A stretch of 64,000 nucleotides of DNA, from contig JAHOYT010000011.1 of the NCBI GenBank assembly GCA_019038645.1, positions 63,909 to 127,908 on the forward strand, read 5' to 3'. The notes under the pieces were generated by a model. The model was not told where the DNA came from, searched no databases, and saw nothing but the letters and a program-made list of their open reading frames with translations. The translations under genes were made by a program, and so were the position numbers. Numbering within the stretch: position 1 is the stretch's first letter; each line of letters opens with the position of its first letter. Positions 1-10,716 of this stretch are shown here, piece after piece. This stretch comes from Bacteroidales bacterium (GTDB lineage Bacteria; Bacteroidota; Bacteroidia; Bacteroidales; UBA12077).

Positions 1-204
1 TCACAGAGTAGAGTTGTAGTGTCTGTATCACCTTCTAACGAAGATCATTTTATTGATTACATGATCGAAAAGAAAATACCGTTTTCGGCTCTGGGTCATG
101 TTACAAAATCAGAATTAAGAATTGATGATAATTCGTATGGTTTTATAAACGACATTAAAAAACTGTATGATAGTGCATTGGAAAAACACCTGAAAGAAGA
201 TTAA
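1..204 (+). CDS. 3' end of an upstream CDS cut by the window edge (possibly AIR-synthase-related / PurM-PurL superfamily C-terminus)
   Basis: Frame +1 is open from base 1 (SQSRVVVSVSPSNEDHF...) to the stop at 202-204. Too short for a firm family call. Confidence 0.3.
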   Translation, partial: SQSRVVVSVSPSNEDHFIDYMIEKKIPFSALGHVTKSELRIDDNSYGFINDIKKLYDSALEKHLKED

Positions 205-215
205 TCTGCTTATTT

Positions 216-938
216 GTGATAACACCATATAAAGATAATAAGTCGGGCAAAAAGGAGCAGGTAGCTCAAATGTTCAATAATATTGCCCGGCGTTACGATT
301 TCCTAAATCATTTTCTTTCGTTAGGAATTGACAAAATCTGGAGGAAAAAGGCAATCAGATGCTTGAATGGCATTTCTCCAAATCCCGTAATTCTTGATGT
401 TGCTTCCGGAACGGGAGATCTGGCTATTGCTGCTTTAAAGCTTAATCCTAAAAAAATAATAGGTATTGATATTTCAGAACAAATGCTGAATGTCGGGATT
501 AAAAAAATCAGAACAAGAGGTTATCAGGATGTTATTGAACTTAAAACAGGCGATTCTGAGAATCTGGAATTTAGCAATGATTTATTCGATGGTATTACAG
601 TTGCTTTTGGAGTAAGGAATTTTGAAAATCTGAATAAAGGAGTATCTGAAATGTATCGTGTTTTAAAACCTGGTGGCAAAACAGTGATCCTGGAATTTTC
701 AAAGCCACGGGTATTTCCTGTTAAACAGATTTATAATTTTTATTTTAAGGTAATCCTGCCTGTGTTAGGTAAAATTATTTCCAAAGATACTTCTGCATAT
801 ACTTATTTACCGGAATCAGTAAATCAATTTCCCAAACGTGAATTATTTATTAAAGAACTGGAAAAAGTTGGCTTTAAAGATTGTACTTTTAAGTCATTAA
901 GTTTTGGAATTGCATGTATTTACAGTGCAATAAAATAA
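216..938 (+). CDS. ubiE: Demethylmenaquinone/ubiquinone C-methyltransferase (UbiE/MenG)
   Basis: N-terminal KKEQVAQMFNNIARRYDFLNHFLSLGIDKIWRKK is the classic UbiE signature. SAM-binding motif ILDVASGTGDLA is present. GTG start. Confidence 0.9.
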   Translation: MITPYKDNKSGKKEQVAQMFNNIARRYDFLNHFLSLGIDKIWRKKAIRCLNGISPNPVILDVASGTGDLAIAALKLNPKKIIGIDISEQMLNVGIKKIRTRGYQDVIELKTGDSENLEFSNDLFDGITVAFGVRNFENLNKGVSEMYRVLKPGGKTVILEFSKPRVFPVKQIYNFYFKVILPVLGKIISKDTSAYTYLPESVNQFPKRELFIKELEKVGFKDCTFKSLSFGIACIYSAIK

Positions 939-1001
939 AAGATGTTCATCATTAAATAATATATGAAATAAAATGTCGTTTTTTAAATCTAAAATGCAGT
1001 T

Positions 1002-1712
1002 TTGAAGAAAATATTATCCATAATTTTAATTCTGATAGCCTGGATTAATGTTTCGGCGCAAAAGGAAATTGTATTGAATTACCAGAATGTAGATAATAAA
1101 AAAATTCATTTTGGATTCACAATCGGTTTCAATACAATGGATTTTAAGATAACCCGGTCAATGAATACATTTGGGGCCGATTCAGCAATTTTACTTCCCG
1201 AAATTAACGACCTTGTGCCAGGTTTTCATGTCGGTATTGTTTCTAATCTTAGACTTAATAAGCATCTGGATTTTAGATTTTTACCAGGAATAGCTTTGGG
1301 TCAGCGCAAAATATTATTTTATGATAATAATCAAAATGTAGTTTCAGAAATGAAAATTGAATCGACATTTATTGATTTACCCTTAACATTTAAATACAAA
1401 TCTACAAGAATTGCAAATACAAGACCATATGTAATTGGAGGAGTAAATGTCAGAAACGATATGGCAAGAAACAAGGAGTTTAACGAGGATGAAGAAATTT
1501 ATATTAAATTAAAGCCTTTTGATGTTTATTATGAGATGGGAGCTGGTTTGGATTTTTATCTGGCTTATTTTAAGTTTTCAATTGAAATAAAATATTCAGT
1601 GGGTATTTTAAACGTAGTATCTTCAGATCCGGCAGATGATTATCCGCAATATACAAATTCTATAGATAAGCTAAATTCGAGAATGTTTATGATATCACTT
1701 CATTTTGAATAA
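1002..1712 (+). CDS. porT: PorT-family outer-membrane beta-barrel protein
   Basis: Signal peptide (MKKILSIILILIAWINVSAQ), alternating beta-strand pattern and C-terminal aromatic residue (..SLHFE). Lies immediately downstream of ubiE, as I recall for Bacteroidota porT. TTG start. Confidence 0.6.
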   Translation: MKKILSIILILIAWINVSAQKEIVLNYQNVDNKKIHFGFTIGFNTMDFKITRSMNTFGADSAILLPEINDLVPGFHVGIVSNLRLNKHLDFRFLPGIALGQRKILFYDNNQNVVSEMKIESTFIDLPLTFKYKSTRIANTRPYVIGGVNVRNDMARNKEFNEDEEIYIKLKPFDVYYEMGAGLDFYLAYFKFSIEIKYSVGILNVVSSDPADDYPQYTNSIDKLNSRMFMISLHFE

Positions 1713-1717
1713 GAAAT

Positions 1718-2485
1718 TCAAAATCTTCTTCTGAACTCTGAACAAACAATAGCTGTCGCAGTTGAAATATTAAGTGATTCTGAAGTTTTTATATTTTCAG
1801 GAAAATTTGGAATAAAAAGCTTTGTATTAATAAAAGTTCTCAGATATTCAGATATTCCATGCGATTCACTTCCCATAATAATAAACCCATTTTTACTAAG
1901 TTGCTCATTATATATATTGTTTCCATCAAGAAGAGTTCCAAAAATTTTGAAGTTTTCTGATTGTTTAAATTTGGGTAGAAATTCTGTAAGATCCACGTAA
2001 TGAATTTTCACTCTAAATATTGCACCCATTGATGCTTGCACTACTTTAGGATTATATACATCAACACTGTCGTTCGAGCAAAAAATGTTTTTAATTCCAA
2101 ACCAATCTGCTATTCGAATTATTGTGCCAAGATTCCCGGGATCGTTTATAGTGTCAAGAATTAAACTTAGTTCATTTTGTATTTCATTTTGATTATAGCT
2201 TAATTCAGGTTGAGCTGCAATAGCAAATACCTTATTTGGTGTCGATAGTGAGCTTATCTTTTTTAATTCAGTTTCTGATATTTCAGTAATTTCAACCTCT
2301 GATTTTAAACGATTTGCATTTTTTTCAATCCAATCTTTTGTAGAAAGGATGTCAGTAATTTGAAAATCTGAATTTAAAAGTTCATCAACAAGTTTTTCCC
2401 CTTCGGCAAAAAAACACTGATGAAGTTCTCTGTATTTCTTTTTTTTAATGGAATTTATGAATTTAGTTTTATTTTTGCTGAGCAT
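1718..2485 (-). CDS. TrmH/SpoU-family RNA 2'-O-methyltransferase (RlmB-like)
   Basis: SpoU motifs: DPGNLGTIIRIADWFG, IIMGSESHGIS, LNISTATAIVCSEF. The track ORF extends to 2704, but the ATG at 2485 (MLSKNKTKF...) gives a normal 255-aa protein. Confidence 0.8.
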   Translation of the reverse strand: MLSKNKTKFINSIKKKKYRELHQCFFAEGEKLVDELLNSDFQITDILSTKDWIEKNANRLKSEVEITEISETELKKISSLSTPNKVFAIAAQPELSYNQNEIQNELSLILDTINDPGNLGTIIRIADWFGIKNIFCSNDSVDVYNPKVVQASMGAIFRVKIHYVDLTEFLPKFKQSENFKIFGTLLDGNNIYNEQLSKNGFIIMGSESHGISEYLRTFINTKLFIPNFPENIKTSESLNISTATAIVCSEFRRRF

Positions 2486-2540
2486 ATTCCTTAATTTATT
2501 CAATAATTTAATTATTGAATGTAAATATATAAATAAAGAG

Positions 2541-4895
2541 TTGAAATTATCAGGGTTGTTATATAAATCAAAATTATATCGTTTAACGCTATTGGTTATT
2601 TTTATAAGCTTGGTTGTTTCTTCATGTAGTCCCGTAAAATATGTTTCTGATGATGAATACTTACTTGACAGGTACAGAATTAAAGTTAAAGAAGGAAAAA
2701 TCAAAACAGAAGAACTTAAAAGTTATGTAAGGCAAAAACCAAATAAAAGAATTCTGGGAATCAGATTTCATTTGTGGCTTTACAATTTATCAGCGAAAAA
2801 TAATAATAAAGAAAAGGGCTTAAATAACTGGCTAAGAACTATTGGTGAAAAACCTGTAATTTATGACAGTTATTTAATGAAAAAATCGACTGGTCATTTA
2901 AAAACATATTTTGATAACAAAGGTTATTATAATTCTATTGTTGATGATACTATCCAGTTTAGAAGAAAACGAGTGCGGGTCCTTTATAAAGTTTATATAA
3001 ATGAGCCTTTTAAAATCAGAAATGTAAGATATCAATGTAATGATACCTGTTTAATACCCAAAATTTTACCGGATACAATAAACTCCTATATAAAACCGGG
3101 CGAAAACTTTGATCTTGATCTCCTTGAAAGTGAAAGAAAAAGAGTCGAATCAGAAATGAAAAATAAGGGTTATTATAACTTCAATAAGGAATTTATTCAT
3201 TTTCAGGCCGATAGTTCTGCAAAAACACGGGATGTTGAACTAAAGATGATTATTAATGAGTTTCAGGAAAAAGGTCCCGACAACACCGTTATTACTACAA
3301 ATCATAAGAAATATATAATTAACAAAGTTAGTTTTTTTACAAATTTTGATCAGAAAGAAGCATTAGAGCAACGCGAGGATTATTATAAGGATCTTGATAC
3401 AATCTACCTTGAAGGAGTATATTTTATTACCAGGGGTGATGATAAACTTAATACCAGGGTTATTTTACAATCGAATTTTATTCAGGAAGGTGAAACATAT
3501 TCGCTTTTTAATACAAATAAAACATATAAACATTTAAATTCCTTAAGGCTTTTTAAAATAATTAATATTCAGTTTAATGAGGTTGATTCTCTCGTAAATG
3601 ATAGTCTTAATATAGGCTATATTAATTGTAATATTCAGTTAACCAAATATCTTTTACAGTCATATACAATTGAACTTCAGGGAACCAACTCATACGGTAA
3701 TATTGGTGTCGGAGGAAATTTTTTGTATCAGCACCGAAGTTTGTTTGGTGGCGCCGAAATCACAGATTTTAGAATTAATGGAGCCATTGAAGCTCTCGAT
3801 ACATCCTTAATTGAATTTAGCCGGATTAATAATGCTATTGAGTTAGGAGGAAATATAACGGTTTCAATTCCGAAATTTATGTTACCTGTTTTTAAGGCAG
3901 AAAAATTCAGTAAAAAATATAGCCCGAAAACTCAGATATCAGTTGGGTATAATTATCAGGACAGATTGGAATATAAAAGATCTGTTGCAAATATGTCATA
4001 TGGATATATTTGGGACGGAAACCGATATTTAAAGCATTCTTTTAAATTACTTGAACTAAATGCTGTTAATCTTCCGTATGCAACAACTGATTTTAAAAAT
4101 TATATAGATTCAACATATTTAAAAAGCAGTTACGATAATCATCTTGTATCTGTTATTAACTACAATTTAATTTTTAATAATCAAGACATTAGGAAGAATG
4201 CCGATTTTTATTTTTTCAGATTAAATGCAGAAATTTCAGGAAATATCCTTTCCGGAATTAGCGAATTAACAAATGCATCAAAAAATGAAGAAGGTAAATA
4301 CCTGACATTTGGGATTCCCTTTTCACAATATGCAAAATCTGATCTTGATTTCAGGTATTATAATATTATTAATAAATCCAACAGTGTTATTTTAAGACTT
4401 TTTGGGGGTATTGGAATTCCTTATGGGAATTCATCATCATTGCCTTTTGAAAAAATGTATTTTTCCGGAGGAGCAAACAGTATACGGGCATGGAGTGTAA
4501 GAAATGTTGGCCCCGGCTCTTATTCCGGAGGCTCCAAAACAAGATTTCCAAATCAAACAGGTGATATTAAACTTGAAGCGAACCTGGAATACAGATTTAA
4601 AATGTTCTGGTTAATTGAAGGAGCTCTTTTTATTGATGCAGGCAATGTATGGAATCTGAATTCAGACGAATTTGAAGGAGGATTATTCAGAAAAAATGAG
4701 TTCTATAAAGAATTTGCAATTGGTTCAGGAGTTGGTACACGTTTTGATTTTTCTTTTTTTATTTTCAGACTTGATATGGGGATCAAACTCAGAGATCCGG
4801 CTTTCCCGGAAAATGAACGATGGGTTTTTGGTAACAGAAGCCTGAACTGGCAGGATGATTTTACCATTAATATAGGTATTGGCTATCCGTTCTGA
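2541..4895 (+). CDS. BamA/TamA-family (surface antigen D15) outer-membrane protein
   Basis: Large C-terminal beta-barrel with the motif FSGGANSIRAW and ending in an aromatic residue (IGIGYPF). The track start at 2448 overlaps the divergent methyltransferase. A TTG at 2541 gives a lipoprotein-like signal (KLSGLLYKSKLYRLTLLVIFISLVVSSC). The start is uncertain. Confidence 0.75.
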   Translation: MKLSGLLYKSKLYRLTLLVIFISLVVSSCSPVKYVSDDEYLLDRYRIKVKEGKIKTEELKSYVRQKPNKRILGIRFHLWLYNLSAKNNNKEKGLNNWLRTIGEKPVIYDSYLMKKSTGHLKTYFDNKGYYNSIVDDTIQFRRKRVRVLYKVYINEPFKIRNVRYQCNDTCLIPKILPDTINSYIKPGENFDLDLLESERKRVESEMKNKGYYNFNKEFIHFQADSSAKTRDVELKMIINEFQEKGPDNTVITTNHKKYIINKVSFFTNFDQKEALEQREDYYKDLDTIYLEGVYFITRGDDKLNTRVILQSNFIQEGETYSLFNTNKTYKHLNSLRLFKIINIQFNEVDSLVNDSLNIGYINCNIQLTKYLLQSYTIELQGTNSYGNIGVGGNFLYQHRSLFGGAEITDFRINGAIEALDTSLIEFSRINNAIELGGNITVSIPKFMLPVFKAEKFSKKYSPKTQISVGYNYQDRLEYKRSVANMSYGYIWDGNRYLKHSFKLLELNAVNLPYATTDFKNYIDSTYLKSSYDNHLVSVINYNLIFNNQDIRKNADFYFFRLNAEISGNILSGISELTNASKNEEGKYLTFGIPFSQYAKSDLDFRYYNIINKSNSVILRLFGGIGIPYGNSSSLPFEKMYFSGGANSIRAWSVRNVGPGSYSGGSKTRFPNQTGDIKLEANLEYRFKMFWLIEGALFIDAGNVWNLNSDEFEGGLFRKNEFYKEFAIGSGVGTRFDFSFFIFRLDMGIKLRDPAFPENERWVFGNRSLNWQDDFTINIGIGYPF

Positions 4896-4976
4896 TTCAA
4901 TATATTTATTACTTATTAACTAAATTCAATTTATTTCTTAAATTTGTATGCGTTTAATCATTTAATTGAAAAGCAT

Positions 4977-6035
4977 ATGTCATACAACAAAATAGTTGAA
5001 TTATTAGGAGATAAAGCAGATTTTCTGTTGAATCATAAAAGCCAAACTGTTGATAAAAGTTTGATTCATTTACCCGGACCTGATTATATTGATCGTGTAT
5101 TTTATCATACAAACAGAACTCCGCAGGTTTTGAACTCATTACAGCAAATGTTTAATACCGGTAGGTTGGCTGGAACAGGTTTCCTTTCTATTCTTCCTGT
5201 TGATCAGGGTATTGAGCACACAGCCGGATCATCATTTGCTCCCAATCCTATTTATTTTGATCCGGAAAATATAATTAAGCTTGCTATCGAAGGTGGATGC
5301 AATGCAGTTGCTTCTACGTTTGGTGTTTTGGCTTCGGTTTCAAGAAAATATGCTCATAAAATACCATTTATGGTTAAAATTAATCATAATGAGTTAATGA
5401 CATATCCAAACAAATTTGATCAGATAATGTATGGTACTGTTGAAGAAGCCTGGAACCTGGGTGCAAAAGCAGTTGGTGCAACAATATATTTTGGTTCAGA
5501 TGAATCAAACAGACAATTGATTGAAGTGGCAGAAGCCTTCGAAAGAGCACATGAATTAGGAATGACAACAGTATTATGGTGTTACACCCGGAATTCAGGA
5601 TTTAAAAAAGATGGAGTTGATTATCACACAGCAGCTGATTTATCAAGTCAGGCAAATCATTTAGGTGTAACAATTCAGGCTGATATTATTAAGCAAAAAT
5701 TACCAACTAATAATGGTGGTTTTAAAGCAATAAATTTTGCCAAAACGCATGATAAGGTTTATAGTGAACTAACAACTGAACATCCAATCGATTTAACAAG
5801 ATATCAAATAATAAATAATTATATGGGCAGATTCGGATTAATTAATTCTGGTGGAGCATCGTCCGGAGCATCAGATTTAGCCGATGCTGTTGAAACTGCC
5901 GTAGTTAATAAAAGAGCGGGCGGCATGGGTCTGATTTCTGGCCGAAAAGCATTTCAACGTCCAATGAACGAAGGTGTTGAGTTGCTTAACTCAATTCAGG
6001 ATGTGTATCTTGAAAAGAAAATTGAAGTAGCGTAA
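4977..6035 (+). CDS. fbaB: Class I fructose-bisphosphate aldolase (FbaB/DhnA type)
   Basis: Near-colinear with my recollection of E. coli FbaB: [64 protein letters not shown] at 4977. Confidence 0.9.
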   Translation: MSYNKIVELLGDKADFLLNHKSQTVDKSLIHLPGPDYIDRVFYHTNRTPQVLNSLQQMFNTGRLAGTGFLSILPVDQGIEHTAGSSFAPNPIYFDPENIIKLAIEGGCNAVASTFGVLASVSRKYAHKIPFMVKINHNELMTYPNKFDQIMYGTVEEAWNLGAKAVGATIYFGSDESNRQLIEVAEAFERAHELGMTTVLWCYTRNSGFKKDGVDYHTAADLSSQANHLGVTIQADIIKQKLPTNNGGFKAINFAKTHDKVYSELTTEHPIDLTRYQIINNYMGRFGLINSGGASSGASDLADAVETAVVNKRAGGMGLISGRKAFQRPMNEGVELLNSIQDVYLEKKIEVA

Positions 6036-6172
6036 ATAATATACTTAAATTATATATATAATTAAGGCAGTGATAATTTTCTCTGTCTTTTTTATTTTCG
6101 TTTAAACTATATTTTGCAAATCAAGTCAATTTTCGTAAAATTGTTCGTTTTTGAATTTTAACACAATATAAC

Positions 6173-7540
6173 ATGGCAAATATTAATTTTACAAAAAGAG
6201 ATAGCTTTGGAAGTAAATTTGGAATTATTGCTGCTACCGCAGGTTCTGCTGTTGGTTTAGGTAATATATGGAGATTCCCTTACGTCGCGGGTGAAAATGG
6301 AGGTGGCGCCTTTGTGTTAATCTATCTTGGATTTGTATTCATGATTGGAGTTCCGGTAATGTTATCGGAGTTTACCATTGGACGTAGAGCTAAACAAAAT
6401 GCTTTTGGCTCATTTAAAACTTTAGCTCCCGGGAAACCATGGTATCTTGTTGGCTTAATGGGGATAGTTGCAGCATTTCTTATATTGGCATTTTATAGTA
6501 CTATTGCAGGATGGACACTAGAATATATTCTTCAATCTCTTACAAATAGTTTTAGTGGAAAAAACTCCGCAGAATTAAAGCAAAGTTTTGAAACATTTCA
6601 ATCAGGCACATTTAGACCTATTCTATGGCAAATAATATTTATGGGTTTAACTGGTTGGATTGTATTTTCAGGTATTAAGAATGGAATTGAAAAATATACA
6701 AAAATACTTATGCCACTATTGTTTGCTTTAATAGTTGTAATGTGTATTAGAGCAGTAACATTACCGGGTGCAATGAAAGGGTTAGAGTTTCTGTTTAAAC
6801 CCGATTTCTCTAAAATAACATGGGGTGTTGTTTTAGAAGCATTAGGTCAGGCAGCATTTTCTCTAAGTATTGGTATGGGTACATTAATAACTTATGGTTC
6901 TTATTTTAATAAAAACACGAACTTAGCAACTACTGCAGTGCAAGTATCAATGGCTGATACATTTATTGCAATTTTAGCTGGTGTAATGATTTTTCCTGCT
7001 GTTTTTGCGTTTAATTTAAAACCCGACGAAGGTTTTGGACTTGTATTTATTGTATTGCCTAATATTTTTGAACAGATGGCCGGAGGTTATATCTTTTCAA
7101 TAATCTTTTTTATACTTCTTGCAGTTGCAGCCTTAACATCAACTATTTCTGTTCTTGAAGTAGTAGTCGCTTATTTTGTCGAAGAGTTAAAAATATCAAG
7201 GAAAAAAGCAACCGTAATTGGCTCTGTAGCAATTAGTGCACTTGGAATACTTTGTACTTTGTCTTTTGGTAATTTAGGCGATCTTAAAATATTCAACAGA
7301 ACAATATTCGGAGTATTTAATGATTTAACTGCTAATATTTTTCTTCCTGTAGGAGCATTCTTGATTGTAATATTTTTAGGATGGTTTTTGGGTAAAAAAA
7401 TTATTACTGACGAATTATCAAATGAAGGAACATTAAGAATTAAATTATTAGGTGTATTTCTGTTTATTATTAAATTTATTGCACCAATAGCAATTGCTTT
7501 AGTATTTTTAAATAGTGTTGGTATAGTAAATTTTAGTTGA
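6173..7540 (+). CDS. Sodium-dependent transporter, SNF/NSS family
   Basis: GLGNIWRFPY motif near the N-terminus and about 11-12 hydrophobic helices. Confidence 0.9.
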   Translation: MANINFTKRDSFGSKFGIIAATAGSAVGLGNIWRFPYVAGENGGGAFVLIYLGFVFMIGVPVMLSEFTIGRRAKQNAFGSFKTLAPGKPWYLVGLMGIVAAFLILAFYSTIAGWTLEYILQSLTNSFSGKNSAELKQSFETFQSGTFRPILWQIIFMGLTGWIVFSGIKNGIEKYTKILMPLLFALIVVMCIRAVTLPGAMKGLEFLFKPDFSKITWGVVLEALGQAAFSLSIGMGTLITYGSYFNKNTNLATTAVQVSMADTFIAILAGVMIFPAVFAFNLKPDEGFGLVFIVLPNIFEQMAGGYIFSIIFFILLAVAALTSTISVLEVVVAYFVEELKISRKKATVIGSVAISALGILCTLSFGNLGDLKIFNRTIFGVFNDLTANIFLPVGAFLIVIFLGWFLGKKIITDELSNEGTLRIKLLGVFLFIIKFIAPIAIALVFLNSVGIVNFS

Positions 7541-7548
7541 TTTAATAA

Positions 7549-8463
7549 ATGATTAAAAAGCGATTTAAAGAATATTTTACATTTACAAAGAAGGAGCGCA
7601 ATGGTCTGTTTGTGCTCCTTATTATTTTATTTGTATTAATTCTTGTAAAGATTTATCAAAGTAATAAATCTTATGGCGAGGTAGTGTTATTTGATAGTGA
7701 TTTTCAAAAAGACATTAAAAAATTCGAAGAATCCTTAATTCCTAAAACAACAACTGAAAAAAAGAATCAGATTTCATCAGTAAATCAGGATGATTTTAAA
7801 AAAGACAAATGGTTTGTACCTGAAATATTATTCGATTTTGATCCTAATCAGGTATCGAAAAAAGAATTAAAAGAGTTGGGGTTCTCAGATAAACAAGCCA
7901 AAACATTAATGAATTATAGAGAAAAAGGAGGTTTATTCTTCACAAAGAATGATCTTTTAAAAATTTATGGAATTGGGAAAGAACAGTTTGGGATTCTTGA
8001 ACCATATATAATATTTGAAGTGAAAAATAAGGCTGAAGACTATATCCCAAAAATTTCTAAAAAAGAATTAATTGAGATTAATTCTGCTTCAAAAGAAGAT
8101 TTAATGAAAATAACTGGAATTGGAAGCTCCTACGCTGACAGAATAATTAAATACAAAAATTTACTTGGTGGATATTATGAAAAAAATCAAATATTAGAAG
8201 TTTATGGCATGGACTCAATAAGATATTTAGGACTTGTTCAGGAGGTTTTAATTGATACTAATCTAATCAATAAACTAAATTTAAATGAAGCAGATTTTAT
8301 AACTTTATTACGACATCCATATTTAAATAAATATCAAACAGAAGCTATTTTAAAATATAAAAATATAGTTGGTGATTTTACAGAATTTGAACAAATACAC
8401 GAGAACAATCTCTTAACTAAACGGGAGTTTGTAAAAATAAAACCCTATTTAAAACTTAATTAG
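7549..8463 (+). CDS. Helix-hairpin-helix (ComEA-like) domain protein with N-terminal membrane anchor
   Basis: One TM helix, then repeated HhH-like segments (ELKELGFSDKQAKTLMNYREKGG; LMKITGIGSSYADRIIKYK). Confidence 0.6.
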   Translation: MIKKRFKEYFTFTKKERNGLFVLLIILFVLILVKIYQSNKSYGEVVLFDSDFQKDIKKFEESLIPKTTTEKKNQISSVNQDDFKKDKWFVPEILFDFDPNQVSKKELKELGFSDKQAKTLMNYREKGGLFFTKNDLLKIYGIGKEQFGILEPYIIFEVKNKAEDYIPKISKKELIEINSASKEDLMKITGIGSSYADRIIKYKNLLGGYYEKNQILEVYGMDSIRYLGLVQEVLIDTNLINKLNLNEADFITLLRHPYLNKYQTEAILKYKNIVGDFTEFEQIHENNLLTKREFVKIKPYLKLN

Positions 8464-8637
8464 TAATATATTATTGACAATTGAAAAAATAATTTGTATA
8501 TTTATTTATTAAGATGTGAACATTTATCGCATTGATTTGTAATATAATAGAGTTGTAGTAATTATTAAATTGATATCCAGAATAAATTTTTATTTTATTT
8601 TTTATACATTATTTTTGAAAAGTGCATTTTAAATTAA

Positions 8638-8645
8638 TATTTTTG
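8638..8645 (+). promoter_or_regulatory. Candidate Bacteroidota -7 promoter element (TAnnTTTG) for rpsU
   Basis: TATTTTTG about 30 nt upstream of the rpsU ATG. Confidence 0.35.
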
Positions 8646-8674
8646 CGGCTCAATTAAAAAAACAGGAATTAATT

Positions 8675-8866
8675 ATGATAGTAGTACCATTAAAAGAAGG
8701 TGAAAATATCGAGAGAGCTTTGAAGAAGTTCAAAAGAAAGTTTGAAAAAACAGGAGTTGTTAAAGAACTTAGAGAAAGACAAGCTTTTATCAAACCATCT
8801 GTTAAGAATAGAGAGCAAAGAAAAAAAGCTATCTATATACAACAAATACAGCGGGAAGAGGAGTAG
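8675..8866 (+). CDS. rpsU: 30S ribosomal protein S21
   Basis: ENIERALKKFKRKFEKTGVVKELRERQAFIKPS, size 63 aa. Confidence 0.92.
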   Translation: MIVVPLKEGENIERALKKFKRKFEKTGVVKELRERQAFIKPSVKNREQRKKAIYIQQIQREEE

Positions 8867-8934
8867 CAAATATAGGGGAAGTATACTGCATCCAATTGGT
8901 GTTTGAATTACTTTTTAATTTTAATTAACCCTAT

Positions 8935-9819
8935 ATGTACAAGAATCTGTTTCTAAAATATTTACAATACGAAAAGCGATTTTCAGCAAACACGATAAAA
9001 TCATATAAAATTGATATGAAGCAGTTTGCTGATTTTATCATTACAGATTTTGATAAAGCTGATATTCAATCGGTAAATGATAAAATGATAAGGGCCTGGA
9101 TTGTAAGCCTGATGGAAAAAGATTTATCTTCAATATCTGTTAACAGAAAAATATCTACATTAAAAACATTTTATAAGTTCATGATAAGGGAGGGATATAT
9201 AAAATCCAACCCGATGGATAAAATAACTTCTCCTAAAGCATCGAAAAAGTTACCTTTATTTGTAGAAGAAAATCAGATAAGCAATTTATTGGATGATTAT
9301 TCATTTGGAGATGATTTTTCAGGAATACGCAATAAAACAATTATCGAAATGTTTTATAATACAGGAATGCGGTTGTCTGAATTAACCAACCTGAAAAATG
9401 AAAATGTAGACTTGTACAACAATACAATAAAAGTTTTAGGCAAAAGAAATAAAGAAAGAATAATTCCCGTTCATACATCTTTTGTAAAATCAGCAAAAAA
9501 ATACATTCAATTACGTGATCAGGAATTTGTTAATCTTTCTCATGATTGTTTTTTTGTTACAGATAAGGGAAACAAATTGTATGAAAAATTTGTATACAGA
9601 GTAGTGAATAAATACTTAAGCCTGGTAACCACAATAGAAAAAAAGAGTCCGCATATTCTACGACATACTTTTGCAACACATTTGTTAAATCGCGGTGCAG
9701 ATCTGAACGCAATAAAGGAATTGCTTGGGCATGCAAATCTTTCTGCTACACAGGTTTATACTCACAACACATTTAAGAAATTAAAAACTATTTATAAACA
9801 AGCTCATCCCAGAGCATAA
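8935..9819 (+). CDS. xerC: Tyrosine recombinase XerC/XerD family
   Basis: C-terminal catalytic region GMRLSEL ... HILRHTFATHLL ... LLGHANLSATQVYTH (R-H-R-Y). Sits in the conserved rpsU-xer-hpf arrangement. Confidence 0.85.
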   Translation: MYKNLFLKYLQYEKRFSANTIKSYKIDMKQFADFIITDFDKADIQSVNDKMIRAWIVSLMEKDLSSISVNRKISTLKTFYKFMIREGYIKSNPMDKITSPKASKKLPLFVEENQISNLLDDYSFGDDFSGIRNKTIIEMFYNTGMRLSELTNLKNENVDLYNNTIKVLGKRNKERIIPVHTSFVKSAKKYIQLRDQEFVNLSHDCFFVTDKGNKLYEKFVYRVVNKYLSLVTTIEKKSPHILRHTFATHLLNRGADLNAIKELLGHANLSATQVYTHNTFKKLKTIYKQAHPRA

Positions 9820-9836
9820 AAAACGGAGGAGTTACT

Positions 9837-10136
9837 ATGGACATTAAAATTCATTCAATTCACTTTGACGCAGACAAAAAACTACTTGACTTTATTAATA
9901 ACAAAGTGAAAAAGCTAATCCAGTTTTATGATAATATTATAGGAGTAGAAGTCTTTTTACGTTTAGAAAAAGATCAGGGTACAGAAAATAAGTTGGCAGA
10001 AATAAGACTGGATATACCAGGGAGTGATATTTTCGCTAAGAAAAAAAGCAAAAGTTTTGAAGAATCTGTTGATAATTCTATTGATGCAATTAAAAGACAA
10101 ATAACCAAACATAAAGAAAAACAAAGAGGTGTTTAA
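9837..10136 (+). CDS. hpf: Ribosome hibernation promoting factor / RaiA (S30AE family)
   Basis: 99 aa, with the typical IHSIHFDADKKLLDFINNKVKKL ... ESVDNSIDAIKRQITKHKEK pattern. Confidence 0.85.
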   Translation: MDIKIHSIHFDADKKLLDFINNKVKKLIQFYDNIIGVEVFLRLEKDQGTENKLAEIRLDIPGSDIFAKKKSKSFEESVDNSIDAIKRQITKHKEKQRGV

Positions 10137-10196
10137 TTATTTTTATAAAAACATGAAAATAGCACTGTTTTTTTTGTGTTTATTATAAAATATTCT

Positions 10197-10204
10197 TACA
10201 TTTG
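10197..10204 (+). promoter_or_regulatory. Candidate TAnnTTTG promoter element for the tRNA-tuf cluster
   Basis: TACATTTG 49 nt upstream of tRNA-Thr, with a TTG about 20 nt further upstream. Confidence 0.4.
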
Positions 10205-10252
10205 CGAACCGATTTTGGAAAGTTATTTCTAAAATCGGCGTTCTTTTATAGT

Positions 10253-10326
10253 GCCGATGTAGCTCAGTTGGTCAGAGCAGCTGATTTGTAATCAGCAGGT
10301 CGGGGGTTCGAATCCCTCCATCGGCT
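10253..10326 (+). tRNA. tRNA-Thr (anticodon UGU)
   Basis: Cloverleaf read by eye: acceptor GCCGATG/CATCGGC, anticodon stem GCTGA/TCAGC with loop TTTGTAA, T-loop GGTTCGAATCC. Confidence 0.9.
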
Positions 10327-10344
10327 CGTTGTATTTAAATTATT

Positions 10345-10427
10345 GGGGAGATACCAAAGTGGCCAACTGGGGCAGACTGTAACTCTGCTGGCGTACGCCT
10401 TCGTAGGTTCGAATCCTGCTCTCCCCA
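10345..10427 (+). tRNA. tRNA-Tyr (anticodon GUA), long variable arm
   Basis: Acceptor GGGGAGA/TCTCCCC, anticodon loop CTGTAAC, long variable arm, T-loop GGTTCGAATCC. Confidence 0.9.
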
Positions 10428-10501
10428 CTAAGATTTTTGAGTGTGAGTTTTAATGTTAGCGTGAAAATACATACGCCAAAATAAAAACAAACACCCAATT
10501 T

Positions 10502-10574
10502 GCGGGAGTAGCTCAGTTGGTAGAGCATTAGCCTTCCAAGCTAAGGGTCGCGGATTCGAGTTCCGTCTCCCGCT
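10502..10574 (+). tRNA. tRNA-Gly (anticodon UCC)
   Basis: Acceptor GCGGGAG/CTCCCGC, anticodon stem TTAGC/GCTAA with loop CTTCCAA, T-loop GATTCGAGTTC. Confidence 0.9.
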
Positions 10575-10583
10575 CAAATCCTT

Positions 10584-10655
<72 letters not shown>

Positions 10656-10716
10656 CGAAGTTGAAAAGTTATTATATTATTATTATAAATTATCTAATTA
10701 TCTAACATTTAGAGTT

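Noticed and set aside
2448-2704. Apparent 257-bp overlap of the divergent methyltransferase and BamA/TamA-like ORFs
   Set aside because: Both track ORFs are maximal extensions. The internal ATG at 2485 (minus strand) and a TTG at 2541 (plus strand) give normal N-termini and remove the overlap.
10340-10528. 62-aa ORF on the minus strand
   Set aside because: It lies entirely over tRNA-Tyr, the spacer and the start of tRNA-Gly. It is an artefact of the tRNA cluster.
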